In this document: positions 9,743 through 17,398 of the stretch, piece by piece | How positions within the stretch are numbered: the first letter of the stretch is position 1 | Layout of the letters: each line of letters opens with the position of its first letter | NCBI GenBank assembly: GCA_019358835.1 | Contig: JAHHIH010000006.1 | Location: forward strand, 158,813-222,812 | Direction of reading: 5' to 3' | DNA: 64,000 nt | Origin: Tildeniella torsiva UHER 1998/13D | GTDB taxonomy: Bacteria; Cyanobacteriota; Cyanobacteriia; Phormidesmidales; Phormidesmidaceae | Position numbers and translations under genes: made by a program | The notes under the pieces: generated by a model | The model's database searches: none | Told to the model about the DNA's origin: nothing | The model's input: the letters and a program-made list of their open reading frames with translations, nothing else

Positions 9743-10089
9743 AGGTCAGCGATCTCAATAAACTTGGTCTCAAGGAACTCCAAAACCCGGCCTGGGCAAT
9801 AGCTGCCAGACTGGATTCACCAGCAAATAGCGTTACGTTTCTGGGCGCAACCTGATACGGTTACGCCCAAGGGCGCAGATATTAATTGAGAAAAACTCAC
9901 CTATCCAGCAAGACGTAGCCAGTGTGATATTCAGGTCAGAATACAGGCAATAAAATTTGATGAAAATCAACCCTAGGTAATATTTGTCTGTTTTGGAGCC
10001 ACTAGTTCGACAGTTTTCGGCATGACGTTTTTGGTCAAGACTTAGTTCCCAGCGATCGTCCCAAAGCAGAAAGAGGCGCGCCTCATGTC

Positions 10090-10115
10090 CTAGGGCCACA
10101 GTTCTAGGGCCACAG
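10090..10115 (+). promoter_or_regulatory. Tandem 12-nt direct repeat CTAGGGCCACAG (x2, 14-nt period) upstream of the GH1 gene
   Basis: Read directly; copies at 10090-10101 and 10104-10115, about 80 nt upstream of the ATG at 10193. Confidence 0.35.
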
Positions 10116-10192
10116 AAGACAACCCTGCCCAGGCTTTTCAAGGCACCCCTCCGTTGGGTACCGTGGCAGACAAAGGCACTGAGGACGAGGCT

Positions 10193-11557
10193 ATGGTCTA
10201 TGCATTTCCGCCGGGGTTTCAGTGGGGGGTCGCCACCTCGTCGTACCAGATCGAGGGCGCAGCCAACGGGCGTGGCCCCAGCGTGTGGGATGTCTTTAGC
10301 CAAACCCCAGGGCGCGTGCTGAATGGAGATACAGGGGCGATCGCCTGCGACCATGTCCACCGCTTCCGCGACGACATCGCCCTGATGGCCGAGCTGGGCG
10401 TGCGCCACTACCGTTTCAGTATCTCCTGGCCCCGCATTCTCCCCCAGGGGCGCGGCGCGGTGAATGCCGCGGGGTTAGCTTTCTACAGTGAGCTGGTCGA
10501 TACCCTGCTGGAGTTTGGCATTACCCCCCACGCCACCCTGTTTCACTGGGATAGCCCCCAAGCATTGGAAGACGAGTATGGCTCGTGGCGCAGTCGCCGC
10601 ATGGCCCAAGACTTTGCTGACTATGCGGCGGTGGTGGTGAATGCGCTGGGCGATCGCATTACCCACTGGATGACCTTGAACGAAATTTTCTGCTTTACCC
10701 ACATCGGCTATGGCGTTGGCCAGGTGCCCGAAATGGCCCCCGGCACCGTGGTCACAACCAGCAAAGAAGTCTGGCAGACCTCTCACCATGCCCTGCTGGC
10801 CCACGGCCTCGGCTGTCAGGCTATTCGCGCCAGTTCACCCCAGCCCTGCCAGGTGGCGCTGGTGGATAACTACCTCGCCACCGTTCCCCTCACCGACACG
10901 CCGGAGGATATCGCCGCTGCCCAGGCCGCCTTCCCGCTGACGGGCACCAACGGCGGCATTCTCTACCCTGCCCTAACTGGCGAATACAGCCCCCAACTGC
11001 TGGCATACCTGGGCGAAAATGCCCCCGACATGCTGCCCGGCGACCTGGCCACCATTCATCAGCCGCTAGATTCCCTTGGATTCAACGTCTACACCGGGGT
11101 CTACGTGCGGGCGGCTGACAACAACCGAGGCTTTGAAACGCTGCCCTTTCCCCAGGGCTATCCCCGCATGCACATGCCCTGGCTGCACATTTTGCCCGAC
11201 AGCCTCTACTGGGGCGTGCGCCACATCAGCGATACCCTCCAGCGCCCTGAACTGCGCGTCTTCATCAGCGAAAACGGCTGCGCCGCCCAGGATGAACTCA
11301 CGCCCGCCGGGGAGGTGCTCGATCTAGATCGCATCCAGTACCTACAGCAATATCTGCGATCGGCCCACCGCGCCGTGCAAGAGGGCTATCCGCTGATGGG
11401 CTATTTTCTCTGGAGCTTTTTGGATAACTTTGAATGGGCCTATGGGCGCGATCGCCGCTTTGGCATCACCTACGTAGACTTCGCCACCCAGCAGCGCATT
11501 CCCAAATCCAGCTACCACTGGTACGCCCGCTGCATTGAAGAAAATCGAGTGGTGTAG
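10193..11557 (+). CDS. GH1 beta-glucosidase
   Basis: N-terminal FPPGFQWGVATSSYQIEGA, acid/base TLNE and nucleophile ISENG motifs. ATG at 10193 chosen over the upstream TTG. Confidence 0.9.
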   Translation: MVYAFPPGFQWGVATSSYQIEGAANGRGPSVWDVFSQTPGRVLNGDTGAIACDHVHRFRDDIALMAELGVRHYRFSISWPRILPQGRGAVNAAGLAFYSELVDTLLEFGITPHATLFHWDSPQALEDEYGSWRSRRMAQDFADYAAVVVNALGDRITHWMTLNEIFCFTHIGYGVGQVPEMAPGTVVTTSKEVWQTSHHALLAHGLGCQAIRASSPQPCQVALVDNYLATVPLTDTPEDIAAAQAAFPLTGTNGGILYPALTGEYSPQLLAYLGENAPDMLPGDLATIHQPLDSLGFNVYTGVYVRAADNNRGFETLPFPQGYPRMHMPWLHILPDSLYWGVRHISDTLQRPELRVFISENGCAAQDELTPAGEVLDLDRIQYLQQYLRSAHRAVQEGYPLMGYFLWSFLDNFEWAYGRDRRFGITYVDFATQQRIPKSSYHWYARCIEENRVV

Positions 11558-11633
11558 CTGGGCGAAGATGTATCCCGATCGCACCAGGGCAACCTGAAAG
11601 CATTAACAGCCCGCGATTTGTTTCAGGTTCATT

Positions 11634-12293
11634 ATGCGCGAGTTCTACGACATTGTCCGAGCTGCAACAGATGAGCAGCGCCATGGACTGGGCGAACTTA
11701 TCGGTTCAGGGTTTGGTAGCCAGCCAGATACGCTCTGCGATCACATCAAATATTTGCGAGCTGGCACCATTGGGCAACTGTTTTGGCAGTCGTCATGGAA
11801 GCAAGTGGTTACAGACGTTGCTGATCATATGGGCATAGACTGGCGATCGCTATTAGCCGGACGGAGATGGCGGGAGTTGTCTACCCAAGAGATTGAAGTA
11901 GCAGTGGTGGCCAAGCTATTTCACGCTATGTTTGACCAGCTTTCACCCGAGCAGCAGCAAAAGGTCGTTATGGAGATACAGCGAGAAAGCGATGACCCTC
12001 GCCTAGAGTCGTTCTTATTCGGCGGCGGCGCGATGGCAGCAGCCAAGGTGAGCGGGTTTGGTGTGTATTTAATGGCTAGCACAGTGCTAGGCGGGCTGAC
12101 GAATGCCTTGGGCCTGACGCTACCGTTTGCGGTTTATATGGGCATGAGTCAGGCAATCGCCCTGGTATTAGGCGCAGTCGGGTGGGCAGTATTAGCGGGC
12201 GGAATTGTTTGGACACTGAACCAACCAAACTGGGAAAGGTTAACATTGGGAGTAATTTATGTATCGCTTCTACGCAACGCACAGGAAGCTTGA
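11634..12293 (+). CDS. Hypothetical protein, possibly YaaW/UPF0174-like, with C-terminal TM helices
   Basis: The family assignment is weak and from memory only. The C-terminal half is clearly hydrophobic (Gly/Ala-rich helices). Confidence 0.4.
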   Translation: MREFYDIVRAATDEQRHGLGELIGSGFGSQPDTLCDHIKYLRAGTIGQLFWQSSWKQVVTDVADHMGIDWRSLLAGRRWRELSTQEIEVAVVAKLFHAMFDQLSPEQQQKVVMEIQRESDDPRLESFLFGGGAMAAAKVSGFGVYLMASTVLGGLTNALGLTLPFAVYMGMSQAIALVLGAVGWAVLAGGIVWTLNQPNWERLTLGVIYVSLLRNAQEA

Positions 12294-12469
12294 CATCGCT
12301 CTTAACAATTACAACTAAGACAATCTACGACTCAATTCCAAGACATCATCATCGATAACCTACAGGCGATCAATATAAGACTTTCCAGGCCGCAGACCAG
12401 GAGACAAAGCCGATTACTCAACTCAGCGCCCTAGAGATACCCGATGCTCTCTATACCCAGATTCAGGGT

Positions 12470-12661
12470 ATGGCTCTGTCTCAGTCTCGCTCCATCAATG
12501 AGCAAATTGTGGCGCTGCTTCAGCGAGCGCTGGAAATTGAAGCCCAACGGCAAAGCCAAGCGAAGATTCTGCACGAGATTCATCAAGCGCGATGGACACC
12601 ACCCGCGATCGCCCCTGACAGCGTCACTCTCCTACGAGAAATCCGGGGATACGATGAATGA
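12470..12661 (+). CDS. Ribbon-helix-helix (Arc/CopG-like) antitoxin, VapB-type; the true start is probably upstream of this ATG
   Basis: ...SRSINEQIVALLQRALE... helix. Overlaps the PIN gene by 8 nt (ATGAATGA). In-frame upstream codons encode LEIPDALYTQIQG, which looks like the RHH beta-strand. Confidence 0.65.
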   Translation: MALSQSRSINEQIVALLQRALEIEAQRQSQAKILHEIHQARWTPPAIAPDSVTLLREIRGYDE

Positions 12662-13088
12662 GCCCACCCGCTGTGTAGTCGATGCTAGCGTCGCTATGAA
12701 GCTTTTCATTGAGCAAGAAGGGTCAGCGCAAGCCGAAGTGCTCTTTGACCAACTCAGTACTCAACTAGATACAGAGTTGTATGTCCCTGAGCTGTTTATT
12801 GCCGAATGTGCCAGCGTGCTCTGGCAGTATGTACGCCGAGCCAGTTACCCAGCAAATCAAGCAAAGATCAATTTGGCTCGGCTGAGGGCACTGTCCTTGC
12901 AGAAGGTCGATAGTCAAGAGGTTGTCAGTAAGGCGTTAGAGATTGCGATCGCCCACAATATTTCAGCCTATGATGCCTGCTACGTTGAGCTGTCTAAACG
13001 TTTGCAGTTGTCTCTGGTAACGGCAGATCAAAAGTTGATTCACGCCCTCGCTGGCACGACTTATCAGATCCAGGCTTTGATGGGTTGA
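12654..13088 (+). CDS. vapC: PIN-domain toxin (VapC family)
   Basis: Acidic PIN residues in VVDASV, ...PELFIAE..., ...SAYDACYV..., ...VTADQKL.... ATG at 12654. Confidence 0.8.
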   Translation: MNEPTRCVVDASVAMKLFIEQEGSAQAEVLFDQLSTQLDTELYVPELFIAECASVLWQYVRRASYPANQAKINLARLRALSLQKVDSQEVVSKALEIAIAHNISAYDACYVELSKRLQLSLVTADQKLIHALAGTTYQIQALMG

Positions 13089-13104
13089 AATTGCATGTCC
13101 TCTT

Positions 13105-14670
13105 ATGAAACGTCGCCCTTTTCTGCGCTACACCACGACCACTGTCCTCGGAGCTTCAGGTCTAGGCCATGTCTCAGGCAAACTCCTCGCTAGCCCGCCG
13201 CCGCTCACCCTGCACGCCTACCTACCCAACAGCGAGCTGCTACCTGAGTTTGAACTTAATCGCCTCTACTTTCTCGACCTCAACGACGAGCCGATCCCCC
13301 ATCCCGATCGCACCGTAGAAGACGGTATTCTCACCTCTCAGCCGCCGCCCTTGCCCTTTGCGATCGCCCTTCAGCTCCCCGTCGAGGGCTTTGGCGATGT
13401 CACCCTCTACGCCGACAACCAAGGGCGCGGCTTTACGCCAGCGGATTTTCCGCTGGTGCTGAATGGGGCGTTTGCGCGCGATCGCCTTTACCGAGTTGGC
13501 CAAGCGTGCGATCGCTGGCAGCGTCAGGGGTACGGCATTCCTCAGAGTGTGCGCGATCGCCTCCACCGCGCCCAGGCCTATTTCACCCAGGCCAGCCAAG
13601 CTCCCGATCTGCAAACCCAGATTTCCCTTTGGAACAACGCCTTGGTAGAAGGTCTCTGGGCCGGAGAAGAAGCTGCCCTCAGCCGCGCCCGCCAGCGCAT
13701 TGCCCGCACCCCACCCCGCCAAAACTTCAAACTGGGCTGCAATGCCTTCGCCCACCCCGCATTGGGGGCCGACTACGATCGCCATTTTGCCGATCTCTTC
13801 ACCACCGCCACCGTGCCCTTTTACTGGAAGCCGATGGAAGCCGAGCGCAACCAGCCCGACTACGGCGAAGTCGATACCCAGGTGGCCTGGCTCCAGAGTG
13901 TGGGCATTCCGGCAAAGGGGCATCCCCTGGTGTGGTTCTTCGACGGCATTGTGCCCGACTGGGTGAGCCCACTGCCTTATGAAGAAGTCAAAGCCGCCCT
14001 ACGGAAGCGGATTTTGGCGATTACGCAGCGCTACGGCAATCGCATTCCCGCCTACGATGTCATCAACGAGGCCCACGGTGCCCCCTGGGCCAACGCTCTC
14101 GGCTACGACCAGGCCCAATTTCTCGACCTCACCCGCCTGGCCTGCGAAACTGCAAAGGAGGGCTACCCCAACGTGAAGCGGGTGATCAATAGCTGCTGCC
14201 TGTGGGCACGCAACGTCGCCCTCTACGGCCCGCCCCAGCGTAGCCCCTACCAGTACATCAAAGCCTGCCTGGCAGCAGGCATCGACTTTGAAGTAATTGG
14301 TCTACAGCTCTACTACCCCGACCAAGACATGTTCGAAATCGATCGCCTGCTCGATCGCTTCGTTGGCCTGGGCAAACCCATCCACATCACCGAGATGGGC
14401 TGTTCTTCTAGCCCTGGCATCGACGAAAATTCCATCATGGGCGAGGCTCTGGGCATGTGGCACGATCCTTGGAGCGATGTGGTGCAGGCCGACTGGGTCG
14501 AGCAGATCTACAGCCTGGGCTACAGCAAACCCGAAATCGAAGTGGTCTCCTGGTGGGATCTGTCAGACCAGGCTGTTTTCTGGCCCTTCGGCGGGCTGCT
14601 AAACCGGGAGAATCAGCCCAAGGCCGCCTATTACCGGCTCCAGGGGCTCAAAAAAGCCTGGGGTATTTAA
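13105..14670 (+). CDS. GH10-like glycoside hydrolase (endo-beta-1,4-xylanase family) with a Tat-type signal
   Basis: KRRPFLRY twin-arginine signal. GH10-type acid/base DVINEAHG and nucleophile IHITEMG. About 200 aa of N-terminal region of unknown fold. Confidence 0.7.
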   Translation: MKRRPFLRYTTTTVLGASGLGHVSGKLLASPPPLTLHAYLPNSELLPEFELNRLYFLDLNDEPIPHPDRTVEDGILTSQPPPLPFAIALQLPVEGFGDVTLYADNQGRGFTPADFPLVLNGAFARDRLYRVGQACDRWQRQGYGIPQSVRDRLHRAQAYFTQASQAPDLQTQISLWNNALVEGLWAGEEAALSRARQRIARTPPRQNFKLGCNAFAHPALGADYDRHFADLFTTATVPFYWKPMEAERNQPDYGEVDTQVAWLQSVGIPAKGHPLVWFFDGIVPDWVSPLPYEEVKAALRKRILAITQRYGNRIPAYDVINEAHGAPWANALGYDQAQFLDLTRLACETAKEGYPNVKRVINSCCLWARNVALYGPPQRSPYQYIKACLAAGIDFEVIGLQLYYPDQDMFEIDRLLDRFVGLGKPIHITEMGCSSSPGIDENSIMGEALGMWHDPWSDVVQADWVEQIYSLGYSKPEIEVVSWWDLSDQAVFWPFGGLLNRENQPKAAYYRLQGLKKAWGI

Positions 14671-14710
14671 CAGTCTTCGATCGCCGTTCGCTAACTGGAG
14701 CGAAACCCCA

Positions 14711-16372
14711 TTATTCGAGGTCTCCCAGCAGACTGAGCTGGCGAATATTGGGGTCGAAGGTCTGGGGCTTGGGCGGGCGTCGTCGAGCTTTGGGCGGCAC
14801 CACATTGACGTGGGCCACAAACCAGGTGCGCAGCGCCGCCGCTTGCGCTGTATCAAGGTCAGCCAACGGCAGCGCGGTGGGGAAGAGATCGGCGATCGCA
14901 TCCTCAGCCCAGGCCACCTCACCGCCATAGACCTCGGCCCCAAAGGGCGTCAAATCCTTTGGCATCTGCGCCAGGTGAGGCAGCAGGTTAAGGGCGTTGA
15001 GAAACTGCCCCCGCTGGGCTTCGAGCAGTTTGACCCGACGCTGGCGGGCCGATTTGTAGTTCAGAATCGGGGCCGGGTAGCCGGAGAGAGTGGGCGGGCT
15101 GCCGAGCTGCGCTGCGGGCACATCCGTCAGCTCTGGCAGCCAGCGTTTGATAAACGCGCCTTCAGGATCGCAGCGATCGACCGCCACCTGGCCAGGGTTA
15201 TAAATGCGCGTCCAGGTTTTATCGACGCAGTGGGTCACCCCCGACTGCATGGCCCACTGGTAATGGTCGATGGGGCAGTCACCATCTATTAAGTGGCGCA
15301 TAAAGTGCAGCGCCCCGTAGCGCCAGTCGATGCCGCCCAGGTTGCTGAGAAAGCTGGCATAGATGGCGCGGGTGCGAAAGTTCAGCGCTAGATACCCCCC
15401 CGTGGCCTGCAGGCAGCGGGCGGCAGCATCCACAATGGGGAAGCCGGTGTGGCCGGTCTGCCAGGCCTGGTAGAGGTCGGCGTCAAAGGCCCAGCCGTCA
15501 TCATCAAAGGTGCGGTAGAGCGATCGCAGCTCCAGCTGCGGCAAATACCGAAACCGCTGGGTAAACCCGTTGCCCCACCGTAGGCGCGAAATCAGCTGCT
15601 GATGGCTGCGGCGAAGGCGGTTATCGCCAAAATCGGGCGCGTTGCGAATGGTTTGCACACATTCTCGCACCGAGATCACGCCAAATTTGATGTGGGGACT
15701 GAGACCCGTGGTGGCCTCGGCGCTGGGGTAAGACAGCTGCCAGTAGTAGCGATCGGCCTTGTCGGTCAAAAAGCCTTGCAGCAGGGCGCGGGCAGCGGCG
15801 GTGCTGGCGGCAGGAATCGGCTTTTCGTCAGCTCGGTGATCCAAGGCATCCAGGGCAGGCAGCGGATCGCTCGGGATCTCTGGCGGTACGAGCACCTCTT
15901 GGGACGTGGGCACTAGAGGTTGGCCCATCTCCCGATACCACAGCTCGCGGTACTGGGGATAAGGCATGAGGTCGGCGGCGCTGGCGGCTGGCTCAAACCA
16001 GCGAATTTTCATGCCCTGCTGAGCGAGAGCCTGATTGAGGCGGGCATCGCGCACGCGACCGTAGATGCGCTCGACATCGGTGTGGGCATAGATGCCGTCG
16101 GCGTCGGCCTCCTTCACTAAATCCGGCAGCACCTGAACCGGATCGCCCGATCGCACAATCAGTCGTCCCCCCAGAGCCTTCAGATCTGCATCCAGAGCGT
16201 GGAGGGCGGCCAGCAAAAACGCCACCCGAGCCGAGCCCGTTTCGGGATGGTGCAGTAGGGCGCGATCAAACACAAACACGGGCACCACGAGCCCCCGCCC
16301 TGCCGCCCGCAGCAGCGGCTCATGGTCAGCGATGCGCAGATCGCGGCGAAACCAGACGATGGTTCTATTCAC
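14711..16372 (-). CDS. Cryptochrome/photolyase family flavoprotein
   Basis: N-terminal TIVWFRRDLRIADHEPL. FAD-binding region ...TGLSPHIKFGVIS... and ...GFPIVDAAARCL...NFRTRAIYASFL...DWRYG...HLIDGD.... GTG at 16372 preferred; the track ORF extends to a TTG at 16507. Confidence 0.8.
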   Translation of the reverse strand: MNRTIVWFRRDLRIADHEPLLRAAGRGLVVPVFVFDRALLHHPETGSARVAFLLAALHALDADLKALGGRLIVRSGDPVQVLPDLVKEADADGIYAHTDVERIYGRVRDARLNQALAQQGMKIRWFEPAASAADLMPYPQYRELWYREMGQPLVPTSQEVLVPPEIPSDPLPALDALDHRADEKPIPAASTAAARALLQGFLTDKADRYYWQLSYPSAEATTGLSPHIKFGVISVRECVQTIRNAPDFGDNRLRRSHQQLISRLRWGNGFTQRFRYLPQLELRSLYRTFDDDGWAFDADLYQAWQTGHTGFPIVDAAARCLQATGGYLALNFRTRAIYASFLSNLGGIDWRYGALHFMRHLIDGDCPIDHYQWAMQSGVTHCVDKTWTRIYNPGQVAVDRCDPEGAFIKRWLPELTDVPAAQLGSPPTLSGYPAPILNYKSARQRRVKLLEAQRGQFLNALNLLPHLAQMPKDLTPFGAEVYGGEVAWAEDAIADLFPTALPLADLDTAQAAALRTWFVAHVNVVPPKARRRPPKPQTFDPNIRQLSLLGDLE

Positions 16373-16445
16373 GGCGTTTCGGGCATAGGCACAACAGCCC
16401 CAGGAAGCAGCGCAGAGATCAAAGCAGCACTTCTCAAACCGTAAC

Positions 16446-16469
16446 AAAAAACAGCTGGGCCAGCTGTTT
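16446..16469 (-). terminator. Intrinsic-terminator-like hairpin (AAACAGCTG-gcc-CAGCTGTTT plus T-run) in the leader of the photolyase-family gene
   Basis: Read directly; on the minus strand the stem is followed by TTTTTTG. Confidence 0.45.
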
Positions 16470-16611
16470 ACCGAATAGTAATTTTGTACTATACTCGGAT
16501 TTATCAATTCCCTCTGCTACTTGCGCTGCCCAAGGCTGCCCCCTTTTGGAGCAATACCCCTGGCGGCTACTCTCCCCCTAGTCCGAACGGTAGACAGCAA
16601 AGGTCAACGCC

Positions 16612-17187
16612 ATGGTTCAACGTTCTTCATACCCTGTGTCGGCCCACTATCAACCCCAGCAGCCTCAGCCCCAACATCCTCAGCCCCAGCCGGTGAACCC
16701 CCAATTAGGGAACCCCCGATCGACGCCGCTGCAACCAGTTCGTCCCCAGCCTGGTATCCACCCCGCCCACGCTCACCGATCGGCCCAGCGGCCCGGCCCT
16801 AGCGCTTACTCAGACAGACCCCAGCCCCGTCAGGTAATTGTGGCTGGGGGGTCAATGCTGGCCCTAGCCGCCCTGCTGATTTCACCCAATCTCAACAAAG
16901 AGAAGGTGCAAGAGACCGAGGCATTTACCTGCATTCGGCAAGAGCAGCCCAAGGCGGTCGTGTCTCGCGACCAGGTTAAAAAGCTGTTAGAAACTGAGCT
17001 GCAAGCGCCCAAAGCCACGTTGCAAGAGTTTCTTCAGACGCCCTACTGCGTGCTGTCGCCGGGCAAAACTGAGGCTGGGCTGCCCGCCGATCGCGAGGCT
17101 TACCCCCTGGAGTTTGACCCGCAAACCTGGCTGGTGGTGCTCTATGAGGGCGATCGCTACGCCGGATACGACTTTCGCTTCCGCTAG
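16612..17187 (+). CDS. Hypothetical membrane-anchored protein with a Pro/Gln-rich N-terminus
   Basis: Low-complexity PQ-rich ~75 aa, one TM helix (VIVAGGSMLALAALLI), then a ~95-aa globular C-terminus. Confidence 0.4.
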   Translation: MVQRSSYPVSAHYQPQQPQPQHPQPQPVNPQLGNPRSTPLQPVRPQPGIHPAHAHRSAQRPGPSAYSDRPQPRQVIVAGGSMLALAALLISPNLNKEKVQETEAFTCIRQEQPKAVVSRDQVKKLLETELQAPKATLQEFLQTPYCVLSPGKTEAGLPADREAYPLEFDPQTWLVVLYEGDRYAGYDFRFR

Positions 17188-17398
17188 GGGCTGTCATCAA
17201 TTAGCCGCTGATTCCTAAGAATGGGCTATTACAGCCCCTAGCCTGGCTTTTGGGTCGGGCGTGGCAACGCTGATGTGCTGAGGATTTTGGCCAGAATCGA
17301 TCACACGCCCTAGGGCGCAGGAGAATCCTTGGTTCGTTGCCAGAGTTCTTTGCTAGAGTGGCAGGGCAAATTGGCCCAACCCCTGGGGTGTCGCCTCG

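Noticed and set aside
9833-10408. A 191-aa minus-strand ORF spanning the bglA promoter and start.
   Set aside because: It overlaps the strongly supported GH1 N-terminus in antisense. The rest is AT-rich intergenic DNA.
11591-11629. A 9-bp hairpin (AACCTGAAA ... TTTCAGGTT) just upstream of the 11634 start codon, considered as a translational control element.
   Set aside because: The loop is long (21 nt) and there is no T-run. It is equally consistent with a weak terminator for the GH1 gene, and there is not enough evidence either way.
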